A program made the position numbers and the translations under genes. Below, piece after piece: positions 33,300-43,201 of a stretch of 64,000 nt of DNA (within the stretch, counting starts at the first letter, position 1; each line of letters starts with the position of its first letter). Below the pieces are notes generated by a model, which saw only the letters and a list, made by a program, of their open reading frames with translations, had not been told where the DNA came from and did not search any database. The stretch comes from Loktanella sp. UBA3435 (lineage in GTDB: Bacteria; Pseudomonadota; Alphaproteobacteria; Rhodobacterales; Rhodobacteraceae), in NCBI GenBank assembly GCA_002378665.1, contig DFSO01000020.1:453-64452 (forward strand), given 5' to 3'.

Positions 33300-34165
33300 G
33301 GGCGCTCTCCCATGCGGCGCAACGTGACCCGTTCCAACAACCCGATCAGTGCAACCAACCCTGCGGCCAGTATCGCCGCCGCAAACAACGCCGACCAAAT
33401 CTGGATCGTCTGCCCGTAGTATGACCCCGCCAAAAGTCGCGCACCTAAGCCACGCACGGCCCCCGTCGGCAACTCGCCGACAATGGCACCAACAAGCGAA
33501 GCAGCGACACCGATCTTAAGCGAAGCAAACAGATAGGGAACCGAAGCGGGCAACCGCAATTTCCAGAAACTTTGCGACTTGTTTGCCGAATAGGTACGCA
33601 ATAAATCGAGCTGCATCGCATCAGGGCTACGCAGCCCTTTCACCATACCGACAACCACAGGAAAGAACGATAAATAGGCACTAATAATCGCTTTTGGCAG
33701 CATTCCCTGCACACCAATCGAATAAAGCACCACGATAATCATTGGCGCAATCGCAATAATCGGAATGGTCTGACTGACAATCGCCCAAGGCATCACGCTC
33801 ATATCCATCGCACGGCTATGCACGATACCAACCGCCAAAAGCACACCCAAGGTCGTCCCGATCCCGAACCCCAAAAGCGTCGCACTCAGTGTAATCCAGC
33901 CATGGTAGATCAGCGACTTCTTCGAGGTGATCTTCTTCATCACCGTCGTATCCCATAACTCCGCCGCGACCTGATGCGGCGCGGGCAAGCGCGGCCGTTC
34001 TTGCGCCCAAGTATCCGCGATATGCTCACTTACGGTCATCGTCTCGCCAGACCGCTCAAGCTGCTGGATCGTCCATGCCGAGTTCATTGGAATACATGCG
34101 GCATACCAAAGCGCCATGATCACACCAAGCACCGTCAGAACTGGCAAGACAGAACGCTTAAACAT
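33296..34165 (-). CDS. ABC transporter permease (NitT/TauT type)
   Basis: LPAPHQV, SQTIPIIAIAP, KLRLPASVPYLF, GAIVGE. Confidence 0.88.
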   Translation of the reverse strand: MFKRSVLPVLTVLGVIMALWYAACIPMNSAWTIQQLERSGETMTVSEHIADTWAQERPRLPAPHQVAAELWDTTVMKKITSKKSLIYHGWITLSATLLGFGIGTTLGVLLAVGIVHSRAMDMSVMPWAIVSQTIPIIAIAPMIIVVLYSIGVQGMLPKAIISAYLSFFPVVVGMVKGLRSPDAMQLDLLRTYSANKSQSFWKLRLPASVPYLFASLKIGVAASLVGAIVGELPTGAVRGLGARLLAGSYYGQTIQIWSALFAAAILAAGLVALIGLLERVTLRRMGERP

Positions 34166-34940
34166 CGTCTTGATGCCCCGCTCTCAACCCATCACGCACG
34201 CGGTGCGCGATCTCGATAAATTCCTTGCTATCACGAATATCGAGCGGGCGTTCTCGCGGCAGCGGGCTGTCGATCACATCCGTAATCCGCCCCGGTCTGG
34301 GTGACATCACAACGATCTTTGTCGACAGATACACGGCCTCGGGGATCGAGTGGGTCACAAACCCAATCGTCTTTTCGGTCCTCGCCCAAAGAGCCAGCAA
34401 CTGTTCGTTCAAATGATCGCGCACGATTTCATCTAGCGCGCCAAACGGCTCGTCCATTAACAAGATATCCGCATCAAACGCCAACGCCCGCGCGATACTC
34501 GCCCGCTGCTGCATGCCACCAGATAACTGCCAAGGAAACTTCTTCTGAAACCCAGACAGATCAACCAAATCCATCACACGCGCCACGCGCTCCGCCTGCT
34601 CGGCCTTCGAGAAACCCATGACCTCTAGCGGCAACTTGATATTGCCACCAATCGTGCGCCAAGGATAAAGCCCCGCCGCCTGAAAGACATACCCGTAGGC
34701 GCGGGCTTTCCGCGCCTCATCAGGCGTCATACCATTCACAGAAATCTGCCCGCCAGTAGGCTGTTCCAGCCCCGCAATGCACCGCAAAAACGTTGTCTTG
34801 CCACAGCCAGACGGCCCGATAAACGAGACAAATTCACCCTTCCCAATCTCAAGGCTCACATCCTTAAGCGCATGCACAGGGCCGTCGTTCGTCTGAAACG
34901 TCAGATCGAGATTTTGGGCTGAAATGATCAAGTTAGACAC
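34158..34940 (-). CDS. ABC transporter ATP-binding protein (NitT/TauT type)
   Basis: GPSGCGKTT, LSGGMQQR, MDEPFGALD; GTG start taken at 34940. Confidence 0.9.
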   Translation of the reverse strand: MSNLIISAQNLDLTFQTNDGPVHALKDVSLEIGKGEFVSFIGPSGCGKTTFLRCIAGLEQPTGGQISVNGMTPDEARKARAYGYVFQAAGLYPWRTIGGNIKLPLEVMGFSKAEQAERVARVMDLVDLSGFQKKFPWQLSGGMQQRASIARALAFDADILLMDEPFGALDEIVRDHLNEQLLALWARTEKTIGFVTHSIPEAVYLSTKIVVMSPRPGRITDVIDSPLPRERPLDIRDSKEFIEIAHRVRDGLRAGHQDDV

Positions 34941-36387
34941 CACTCGCAGGAATACCTGACCGCTCAACAGGGCGCGGCGCGGTCAGTTCTTTCCACGACG
35001 ACAGCGCCTTGTTGACGGCGGTATTCGGCGCGCGCTTCACGAACTTGCCGTGACCCTCTTGGGTCCGCACCTCGCCATCATAAATCGCGACCTGCCCGCG
35101 TGTCAGTGTGAACCGTGGCAGGCCCTTAACCTCTTTGCCTTCAAACACGTTGTAATCAATCGCGGACTGCTGGGTCTTGGCCGTAATCGTCTTGGATTTC
35201 TCAGGGTCCCAGACCACCAAATCGGCATCAGCCCCAACCAAAACCGCCCCCTTCTTCGGGTAACAATTCAAAATCTTGGCGATATTGGTCGAGGTCACGG
35301 CAACAAATTCATTCATCGTCAAACGGCCAGTGGCAACCCCATAAGTCCAGAGCATCGGCATGCGGTCCTCAAGCCCACCCGTGCCATTCGGAATCTTCGT
35401 AAAATCTCCTACGCCGTAACGTTTCTGTTCAGTCGTAAACGCACAGTGATCCGTGGCCACAACACTCAAAGACCCACTTTGCAGACCCGCCCAAAGACTA
35501 TCTTGATGCTGCTTATTGCGGAACGGCGGCGACATGACGCGGCGCGCGGCATGGTCCCAATCTTGGTTGAAATACTCACTTTCATCCAAGGTCAAATGCT
35601 GGATCAAAGGCTCGCCCCAGACCCGCTTACCCTGCATGCGTGCACGGCGAATTGCCTCGTGGGAATCCTCGCAAGATGTGTGCACCACATAAAGCGGAAC
35701 CCCCGCCATATCGGCGATCATAATCGCACGGTTCGTGGCCTCGCCCTCGACTTGCGGGGGACGGGAATAGGCATGCGCCTCTGGTCCCGTATTACCAGCG
35801 GCCAACAGTTTCGCAGACAACTCGGCCACAACATCGCCATTCTCGGCATGAACCATCGCAATCGCACCCAGTTCGGCCAAGCGGTTAAACGAGGCATACA
35901 TCTCGTCGTCGTTCACCATCAAAGCGCCTTTATAGGCCATGAAGTGTTTGAACGTATTGATCCCGCGATCACGGACCACAGATTCCATCTCGTTGAAAAC
36001 CTGTTCGCCCCACCACGTCACCGCCATGTGGAACGAATAGTCACAGTTGGCGCGGCCCGATTTATTGTCCCACATCTGCAACGCATCATGCAGCCCCTGA
36101 CCAGGCGCAGGCAGCGCGAAATCGACAACCATCGTCGTGCCGCCAGACAGGGCCGCACGCGTCCCACTCTCAAAATCATCGGTCGAATAGGTGCCCATAA
36201 ACGGCATCTCAAGGTGGGTATGTGGGTCAATCCCACCGGGCATTACATAACACCCCGTCGCGTCCAATTGCTCGTCACCCGACAGGTTCGGCCCGATCTG
36301 CGTGATCACGCCTCCCTCAACCAAAACATCCGCCTTATAAGTCAGATCGGCCGTTACTATCGTTCCATTCTTGATCACGGTGGACAT
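34933..36387 (-). CDS. hydA: Dihydropyrimidinase
   Basis: PGGIDPHTH, FKHFMAYK, VHAENG, TDHCAF, IPNGTGG. Confidence 0.95.
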   Translation of the reverse strand: MSTVIKNGTIVTADLTYKADVLVEGGVITQIGPNLSGDEQLDATGCYVMPGGIDPHTHLEMPFMGTYSTDDFESGTRAALSGGTTMVVDFALPAPGQGLHDALQMWDNKSGRANCDYSFHMAVTWWGEQVFNEMESVVRDRGINTFKHFMAYKGALMVNDDEMYASFNRLAELGAIAMVHAENGDVVAELSAKLLAAGNTGPEAHAYSRPPQVEGEATNRAIMIADMAGVPLYVVHTSCEDSHEAIRRARMQGKRVWGEPLIQHLTLDESEYFNQDWDHAARRVMSPPFRNKQHQDSLWAGLQSGSLSVVATDHCAFTTEQKRYGVGDFTKIPNGTGGLEDRMPMLWTYGVATGRLTMNEFVAVTSTNIAKILNCYPKKGAVLVGADADLVVWDPEKSKTITAKTQQSAIDYNVFEGKEVKGLPRFTLTRGQVAIYDGEVRTQEGHGKFVKRAPNTAVNKALSSWKELTAPRPVERSGIPASGV

Positions 36388-36399
36388 GGGTTTTCTCCT

Positions 36400-36615
36400 C
36401 TAGGTCGGAATACAAATCGGGTTGCCGTCGCGGTCTTTCACAACAAACAACTCGGACGCATGGGTGTAAAAATAACAGCTGTCAGGGTCGCGGTTGACCT
36501 CGGATCGGTCGATGTCGCTGGGCAAGGCCTCGTCCACAGACAAAGGCAGCAAAAGCGGCGCAACTATCGGGCGGGCGCAGGCAGATAAGAGCAGCATCAC
36601 CACGGCAATCCTCAC
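36400..36615 (-). CDS. Small putative lipoprotein
   Basis: 71 aa; MRIAVVMLLLSAC lipobox; GTG start overlaps the upstream stop (GTGA); fills the gap between pydC and hydA. Confidence 0.7.
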   Translation of the reverse strand: MRIAVVMLLLSACARPIVAPLLLPLSVDEALPSDIDRSEVNRDPDSCYFYTHASELFVVKDRDGNPICIPT

Positions 36616-37862
36616 GCAACCACCCCAGCGGTTTCAATCACGGCATGGAACAAAACATCCGCACCTGCGGCGGCCCATTCCTTGGAGATCTCTTCCGCCT
36701 CATTATGGCTTAACCCATCAACACAAGGACACATCACCATCGCCGTCGGTGCGACGCGATTGATCCAACATGCATCATGCCCAGCGCCGGAAATCAAATC
36801 CATGTGGGAATAACCCAGCCGTTCGGCGGCACTCCGCACTGCCGTCACGCAGCTCTCATCAAAAGTGACAGGATCGAAATGCCCCACAGGCTCTATCGTC
36901 ATCGTCAAACCCAAAGCATCCGCAATCGCGGGCGCCTCGGCCTCAAACCTCGCGCGCATCGCCGTCAGCTTTTCCAAATCTGGCGAGCGGAAATCAATCG
37001 TGAAGACACACTTACCTGGGATCACATTGCGGCTATTGGGATAGACATTACACTGCCCTATCGCACCCACTGCACCCGGCTGGTTATCCATCGCAATCGT
37101 ATGCACAAGCTCGGTCATGCGCGCCATCCCAAGCCCCGCGTTTACCCGCATATTCATCGGAGTAGACCCAGTATGGGCGTCCTTACCAATCAACGTAACT
37201 TCTAACCACCAAAGCCCCTGACCGTGAGTGACAACGCCAATTTGCTTGTCCTCGGCCTCCAATATCGGCCCCTGTTCGATATGCAATTCAAAGAAGGCGT
37301 GCATCTTACGATCACCCACTTTTTCCTCGCCGCGCCAGCCGATCCGCTTCAATTCATCACCAAATTTTTTGCCCTCGGCATCAACACGATCATAAGCCCA
37401 ATCCTGTTCATGCATCCCAGCAAACACACCAGAGGCCAGCATCGCAGGAGCATAGCGCGTCCCTTCTTCATTCGTCCAATTCGTCACAACAATCGGGTGC
37501 TTTGTCTTGATATCAAGGTCGTTCATCGTGCGCAAAATCTCAAGTCCGCCAAGAACTCCCAGAACACCGTCATATTTGCCGCCCGTCGGCTGCGTGTCCA
37601 AATGCGAACCGACATAAACAGGCAGCGCATCAGGGTCCGTGCCCTCGCGCCGCGCAAACATATTGCCCATCTGGTCTAGCCCCATCGTGCAGCCCGCAGC
37701 CTTGCACCAGTCCTGAAACAGGTGACGCCCTGCGCTATCAAAATCCGTGAGCGTTTGCCGATTATTACCACCCGCAACACCGGGCCCAATCTTGGCCATC
37801 TCCATCAGACTATCCCATAGCCGCTCGGGATTGATCCGTAAGTTTTGTGCAGGGGCAGCCAT
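36612..37862 (-). CDS. Beta-ureidopropionase / Zn-dependent N-carbamoyl hydrolase (M20, PydC-like)
   Basis: GSHLDTQPTGGKYDG, WTNEEG, ELHIEQG, SGAGHDA, GLSHNEAE. Confidence 0.92.
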   Translation of the reverse strand: MAAPAQNLRINPERLWDSLMEMAKIGPGVAGGNNRQTLTDFDSAGRHLFQDWCKAAGCTMGLDQMGNMFARREGTDPDALPVYVGSHLDTQPTGGKYDGVLGVLGGLEILRTMNDLDIKTKHPIVVTNWTNEEGTRYAPAMLASGVFAGMHEQDWAYDRVDAEGKKFGDELKRIGWRGEEKVGDRKMHAFFELHIEQGPILEAEDKQIGVVTHGQGLWWLEVTLIGKDAHTGSTPMNMRVNAGLGMARMTELVHTIAMDNQPGAVGAIGQCNVYPNSRNVIPGKCVFTIDFRSPDLEKLTAMRARFEAEAPAIADALGLTMTIEPVGHFDPVTFDESCVTAVRSAAERLGYSHMDLISGAGHDACWINRVAPTAMVMCPCVDGLSHNEAEEISKEWAAAGADVLFHAVIETAGVVA

Positions 37863-37881
37863 GCGTATCTCCTCTTAGGGA

Positions 37882-37925
37882 AACCGTCTGGCAGGCTCGG
37901 GGAGGAAACCGCCTGCCAAACGGTT
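37882..37925 (-). other. Strong stem-loop in the pydC 5' leader
   Basis: Minus strand AACCGTTTGGCAGGC / GCCTGCCAGACGGTT (15 bp, one G-U pair); loop GGTTTCCTCCCCGA. Confidence 0.7.
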
Positions 37926-37930
37926 GTGTT

Positions 37931-37946
37931 TTAACCAACTGGTCAA
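37931..37946. promoter_or_regulatory. RutR/PydR operator
   Basis: TTAACCAACTGGTCAA versus RutR box TTGACCAnnTGGTCAA; lies between divergent pydC and tetR. Confidence 0.8.
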
Positions 37947-38075
37947 AGCAACGCTAACAGGGGCCGCGTTTCTGTCAAGTTTTACGCACAGAAATTACGC
38001 AATCGACGTAAGATATCGCGAAATGGTCGATTTTTTTGGGCATTGGCAAATTATTGTGCATAAGGTGAATCCGAT

Positions 38076-38675
38076 ATGACAAAGCCAGCGACACGCATTC
38101 AGAAAAAGAACCGGACAGCCATCCTCGCGGCTGCGCTAGAGGTATTCTCGCAATTCGGGTTTCGCGGCGCGACCCTCGATCAAATTGCTGATGCAGCAGG
38201 GCTCTCAAAGCCAAATCTGCTTTATTACTTTCCGTCCAAAGAAGAGATTCACCAGCAGTTGCTGACCAGCCTCTTGTCAGCGTGGCTCGATCCGCTGCGC
38301 AAGATGGACGATGCTGGCGACCCGATTGAAGAAATTCTCGGATACGCCAAACGCAAGTTGGATTTGAGCCGCGACTACCCCCGCGAAAGCCGTCTATTCG
38401 CGAACGAAGTGCTGCAAGGCGTACCCCATCTTGGTGACACAATGCCCGCACTCAAAACGCTCGTCGATGAAAAGGCAAAAGTTATCAACGGCTGGGCGAA
38501 AGCAGGTAAAATCGTGGCGATAGACCCACATCACTTGATGTTTCTCATCTGGGCGCAAACCCAGCACTACGCTGATTTTGACGCGCAGGTGCGTGCAGTC
38601 TTAGGCCGCGATGACCCCTTTCCAGAGGCTTTCGCATTCATGGAACATATGCTCCGCCGCACCCTCGCTCCGTAA
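38076..38675 (+). CDS. rutR: TetR-family regulator RutR/PydR
   Basis: GLSKPNLLYYFPSK HTH; ESRLFANEV, TQHYADF. Confidence 0.88.
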   Translation: MTKPATRIQKKNRTAILAAALEVFSQFGFRGATLDQIADAAGLSKPNLLYYFPSKEEIHQQLLTSLLSAWLDPLRKMDDAGDPIEEILGYAKRKLDLSRDYPRESRLFANEVLQGVPHLGDTMPALKTLVDEKAKVINGWAKAGKIVAIDPHHLMFLIWAQTQHYADFDAQVRAVLGRDDPFPEAFAFMEHMLRRTLAP

Positions 38676-39980
38676 TTATTCCGCAGCAACAGCACCTGGA
38701 TTATTCGGATGCGTGGTCCAGTTGGCGTATTTATCCGACACAACCTTGCCCGTGCGCGGATCAACCTCGCCTGCTTTCATCGGCTCCATCGTGATGCAAT
38801 TCTCGACAGGGCAAACGTCAACACAAAGGTTGCACGCCACGCATTCCGCATCAATCACCTCAAACACACGGTCCGCAGACATCGAAATCGCTTGGTGAGA
38901 CGTATCTTCACAAGCGGCATAGCAGCGCCCGCATTTGATACAATCGTCCTGCGAAATCTTTGCCTTGGCGACATAGTTCAGGTTCAAATATTGCCAATCG
39001 GTGACGTTCGGCACAGCCATGCCAACAAAGTCAGAAGTGCTCTCATAGCCCTTCTCGTCCATCCATTGCGACAGACCTGAGATCATCTCTTGCACGATCT
39101 TAAACCCGTAAGTCATTGCTGCCGTGCAAACCTGCACATTACCACAACCCAGCGCCATAAACTCCGCCGCATCGCGCCAAGTGGTTACACCACCAATGCC
39201 CGAAATCGGCAGGCCATGGGTCTCAGGATGACGCGCAATTTCCGACACCATTGACATCGCAATCGGCTTCACCGCAGGGCCACAGTAGCCACCATGTGAA
39301 CCCTTGCCATCAATCGAAGGCTCAGGCGACATAGAGTCTAAATTGACAGAAGTAATCGAATTGATCGTATTGATCAGGCTCACCGCATCGGCACCACCAC
39401 GCATTGCTGCAGCGGCAGGTTTGCGCACATCGGTAATGTTCGGGGTCAACTTCACGATCACGGGCTTGTCGTAATATTGCTTACACCAACGCGTCACCAT
39501 CTCGATATACTCGGGCACTTGTCCGACAGCCGCCCCCATGCCACGCTCTGACATCCCATGGGGACAGCCAAAGTTAAGCTCGATTCCATCAGCCCCAGTC
39601 GCCGCAACTTTCGGCAGGATATCTTTCCAAGCCTGCTCCTCGCACGGCACCATAATCGACACTATTATAGCCCGATCAGGGTAATCCGCCTTCACACGAG
39701 TGATCTCTTCAAGGTTCACCTCAAGCGGGCGATCCGTGATCAACTCAATATTATTGAGGCCCATCAACCGTCGATCCGCCCCGTAAATCGCACCATAGCG
39801 CGGTCCGTTCACGTTCACGACAGGGGGGCCTTCCATTCCCAATGTCTTCCAAACAACACCTCCCCAGCCGGCCTCAAACGCACGACGGACGTTGTATTCT
39901 TTGTCAGTCGGCGGCGCGGACGCGAGCCAAAATGGGTTTGGCGTAATGATACCCAAAAAGTTCGTTGTTAGATCGGCCAT
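38676..39980 (-). CDS. preA: NAD-dependent dihydropyrimidine dehydrogenase subunit PreA
   Basis: PNPFWLASAPP, NNIELI, ELNFGCPHGM; two C-terminal 4Fe-4S motifs. Confidence 0.95.
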   Translation of the reverse strand: MADLTTNFLGIITPNPFWLASAPPTDKEYNVRRAFEAGWGGVVWKTLGMEGPPVVNVNGPRYGAIYGADRRLMGLNNIELITDRPLEVNLEEITRVKADYPDRAIIVSIMVPCEEQAWKDILPKVAATGADGIELNFGCPHGMSERGMGAAVGQVPEYIEMVTRWCKQYYDKPVIVKLTPNITDVRKPAAAAMRGGADAVSLINTINSITSVNLDSMSPEPSIDGKGSHGGYCGPAVKPIAMSMVSEIARHPETHGLPISGIGGVTTWRDAAEFMALGCGNVQVCTAAMTYGFKIVQEMISGLSQWMDEKGYESTSDFVGMAVPNVTDWQYLNLNYVAKAKISQDDCIKCGRCYAACEDTSHQAISMSADRVFEVIDAECVACNLCVDVCPVENCITMEPMKAGEVDPRTGKVVSDKYANWTTHPNNPGAVAAE

Positions 39981-39981
39981 A

Positions 39982-41283
39982 TCAATTGCCTCCCATCAGG
40001 CTGGCATGAATATCCATCGCGGCATCGCGACCCTCGGCAACGGCCGTCACGGTCAAATCATCACCCCCACTCGCACAATCACCGCCAGCCCAAACACCCT
40101 TGCGACTGGTACGCCCATTGGCATCAACAGCGATCTTGCGACCTTCCAGCGTTAGTCCCGCATCCGTCATTAAAGTCTGCCCAATCGCCTTGAACACCTG
40201 ATCGGCAGTAATACGCACCACCTCAGCCGACCCGTCGGTATATGCCAATTCAATCTCGCCATCGTGGATCGCTTTTGGCTGCAGGTTAAACATCAATTGC
40301 ACGCCTTTTGACGCTGCCAAATCCTGCTCGTATTTACTCGCACCCATGCGGTCACGCCCACGGCGATAGGCAATCGTCACATTCCGCGCGCCCAGCAATT
40401 TGGATTGTACAGCGGCGTCGACAGCAGTCATACCGCCGCCGATCACCACCACATCGCGACCAACTGGGAGAGACGTTAGATCGCTCGCCTGTCGCAGATC
40501 TGCGATGAAATCAACAGCGTCACTCACTCCGCTCTTGTCCTCACCATCTACCGACAGGGCATTCACACCACCCAAACCAACACTCAGAAAAACCGCATCA
40601 TATTTGGCAGCCAGATCATCCAGAGAAAGATCAGCGCCAAGCGCCTTACCCGTCTCAATCGTAATGCCACCGATACCCAGCAGCCAGTCAACCTCGCGGG
40701 CCGCAAAATCATTGGTCGACTTATAGGACGCAATCCCAAATTCGTTCAAACCACCCGCCTTTTTGCGGGCATCAAATACGGTCACATCAGACCCTAACAT
40801 GGCCAATCTATGCGCGGCAGCGAGGCCAGCAGGCCCAGCGCCAACAACGGCAATCGTCTTGCCAGTGGATGCCGCCCGCACAAACGGATGTGCTTGTTTT
40901 GCCATCAACGTATCGGTCGCATGACGCTGCAAACGGCCAATCTCGACGGGTTTGCCTTCCGCCGCCTCGCGCACACATGCCTCTTCACACAGGGTCTCGG
41001 TCGGACAAACGCGGGCGCACATGCCGCCCAGAATATTCTGTTCAAAAATTGTTTTGGCCGCAGCCTCTGATGTGCCCGTCGCGATCTGGCGAATGAAGAG
41101 CGGGATATCAATCGACGTCGGGCAAGCCGTCACGCAGGGCGCATCATAGCAGAAATAACATCGGTCAGCCGCAACAGCCGCCTCATGATCCGCAAGCGGC
41201 GCATGCAAATCCGCAAAATTCAATTTCAACGCATCACCGCTCAATCGTGCGGCAACAATTCCAGTGGTGGTCGTGTCAGGCAT
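39982..41283 (-). CDS. preT: Dihydropyrimidine dehydrogenase subunit PreT (GltD-like)
   Basis: RCYFCYDAPCVTACPT, CARVCP, GAGPAG, GGGMTAVD. Confidence 0.92.
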   Translation of the reverse strand: MPDTTTTGIVAARLSGDALKLNFADLHAPLADHEAAVAADRCYFCYDAPCVTACPTSIDIPLFIRQIATGTSEAAAKTIFEQNILGGMCARVCPTETLCEEACVREAAEGKPVEIGRLQRHATDTLMAKQAHPFVRAASTGKTIAVVGAGPAGLAAAHRLAMLGSDVTVFDARKKAGGLNEFGIASYKSTNDFAAREVDWLLGIGGITIETGKALGADLSLDDLAAKYDAVFLSVGLGGVNALSVDGEDKSGVSDAVDFIADLRQASDLTSLPVGRDVVVIGGGMTAVDAAVQSKLLGARNVTIAYRRGRDRMGASKYEQDLAASKGVQLMFNLQPKAIHDGEIELAYTDGSAEVVRITADQVFKAIGQTLMTDAGLTLEGRKIAVDANGRTSRKGVWAGGDCASGGDDLTVTAVAEGRDAAMDIHASLMGGN

Positions 41284-41336
41284 TCGGCATCCCTGTCTAT
41301 CAAATTGGATAGCATCAGACTGACACAACTTTATTT

Positions 41337-41352
41337 TTTATCAAATGGTAAA
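41337..41352. promoter_or_regulatory. Second RutR/PydR-like operator, upstream of preT
   Basis: Near-palindrome TTTATCAAATGGTAAA. Confidence 0.65.
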
Positions 41353-41410
41353 TTTTTGAAATCGCGAGAAATCTGCTAAAGGCCCGCGAAACCATCAAAA
41401 TTCTGCCTAC

Positions 41411-42322
41411 TTAAAAGGCAAACGGCGCAACAATCTCGCGCCGACCTAGTGTCAGTGCATCCGCAACATGGACCATCGGCGCCAAATCAACATCCCTAGC
41501 GCCCGCTTTCAACAACGTCGCCATGCGGTCATAAAGTGCAGGATATTCTTCCAGCATAGTCCCCTGTGCTTCAACACCATTGATCACACAGCGGTTCCCG
41601 CCCTCAATCAAACGGACCTCGTCATCGTCCGCTCGGATCGTCATTTCCCACAATTGCTCACCCTGTTTGAGCCAATCAAACTCGGCCTTCACACCCCCCG
41701 AAAACACCAAGTCAGCGGCAATAGGCGTTTGACGGTTCTCAGGAAACTTCAAAACAGCCGACTGCAAATGAACAGGCGCGGGCAGCACCTCCGTCAAAAT
41801 CGACAGCGCGTTAATTCCCGGATCAAACACACCCATGCCACCCGGCTCGAAAACCCACTCTTGGTTTGGATGCCAACGGCGCACGTCTTCTTTCCACATG
41901 ATCTGCGCTTCAGTCACGACCTTGTTCGCTAAAAACGCCTTCGCCGCCGCAACACCCTTGGCCATGCGACTATGCCATGTCGCAAAGAGCGAAACGCCCG
42001 CCTTATGGGCCATCGCCTCCAATGCATGCACCTCGGCCAACGTCGCCCCCGGTGGCTTCTCCAACATCACATGACGACCCGCCGCAATTGCGCGAGACGC
42101 ATAATCAAAACGGGGCACGGGCGGCAGGCAAAGCGAAACCACACGAATGTCATCACGCTCAGACAACATCGCGTCGAAATCCGAATATGACGGCACCCCC
42201 TCAACACTACCCGCACGGCTCACCGTCGCCGCAAGTGTCCAATCAAGGGAGCCCGCAATCGCAGGCACGTGTTGATCCACGGCAATCTTGCCAATCCCCA
42301 CCAGACAAATCGGTTGTTCCAT
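41411..42322 (-). CDS. Gfo/Idh/MocA oxidoreductase (galactose/arabinose 1-dehydrogenase-like)
   Basis: VGIGKIAVDQHVP, MLEKPP, WKEDVRRWHP, GVFDPGINALS. Confidence 0.88.
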   Translation of the reverse strand: MEQPICLVGIGKIAVDQHVPAIAGSLDWTLAATVSRAGSVEGVPSYSDFDAMLSERDDIRVVSLCLPPVPRFDYASRAIAAGRHVMLEKPPGATLAEVHALEAMAHKAGVSLFATWHSRMAKGVAAAKAFLANKVVTEAQIMWKEDVRRWHPNQEWVFEPGGMGVFDPGINALSILTEVLPAPVHLQSAVLKFPENRQTPIAADLVFSGGVKAEFDWLKQGEQLWEMTIRADDDEVRLIEGGNRCVINGVEAQGTMLEEYPALYDRMATLLKAGARDVDLAPMVHVADALTLGRREIVAPFAF

Positions 42323-42451
42323 GTGCCGCTCTCCAAAAATGCCCCTCACAAATCCCCCTTTTCAACAAAAGGATCAAGTCACCAAAGATGTCGGTTTCAG
42401 ACTTGACCAAATGCCTGCACTGCTGCCAGCGTGACCAAAAAGGGAACCAAC

Positions 42452-43189
42452 ATGCAGAACATGGATAATTGGCAAGAACGCGTCGATCTGGCCGCAGCCT
42501 TTCGCTGGACCGCACGGCTCAATATGCACGAAGGGGTCGCAAACCACTTTTCGCTCGCGATCAACGGCGACGGGACAAAGTTCCTGATGAACCCCAATCA
42601 AATGCATTTCAGCAGGATCAAAGCCAGCGACATGATCGTCGTGGACGCCAATGACCCCGACACTCTCGAAGGGCCGAACGCACCTGATCCCACAGCTTGG
42701 GGTCTACACGGTGGCATCCATCGCGGCGTTCCTCATGCACGTTGTGCGATGCACGTGCATTCGATTCACGCGACGGTTTTGGCCTGTATGGAAGACAGCC
42801 TTCTTCCGCCGCTCGACCAAAACGCCTGCACGTTTTACGAACGACAGGTTGTCGATGAAAACTACGGCGGTCTCGCGTTTGAGGATGAGGGCGCACGTTG
42901 CGCCACCCTACTCACAGACCCCGATAAAAAGGTCATGACCATGGGCAACCACGGCATCATGATTATCGGCGACACTGTCGCAGAAACCTTTAATAGACTC
43001 TATTATTTCGAACGCGCTTGCGAAACCTACATCCGCGCCCTGCAAACAGGTAAGCCCCTGCGCATAATCCCCCACGACATCGCACGCAAAACCTCGGCAG
43101 AGCTTGCGGGTTACCCCGAACAAGACATTCGACACCTCAATGAACTCAAGGCCATTCTCGACGAAGAAGGCTCTAACTATGCCAAATAG
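42452..43189 (+). CDS. Class II aldolase/adducin family protein
   Basis: RVDLAAAFR, EGVANHFS, HVHS and GNHG metal-binding motifs. Confidence 0.9.
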   Translation: MQNMDNWQERVDLAAAFRWTARLNMHEGVANHFSLAINGDGTKFLMNPNQMHFSRIKASDMIVVDANDPDTLEGPNAPDPTAWGLHGGIHRGVPHARCAMHVHSIHATVLACMEDSLLPPLDQNACTFYERQVVDENYGGLAFEDEGARCATLLTDPDKKVMTMGNHGIMIIGDTVAETFNRLYYFERACETYIRALQTGKPLRIIPHDIARKTSAELAGYPEQDIRHLNELKAILDEEGSNYAK

Positions 43190-43201
43190 GACCATTCTCT
43201 C

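Noticed and set aside
35050-36588. 512-aa + strand ORF
   Set aside because: Antisense shadow of hydA.
42403-42418. TTGACCAAATG upstream of the class II aldolase as a RutR box
   Set aside because: Only a half-site matches; more likely a -35 element.
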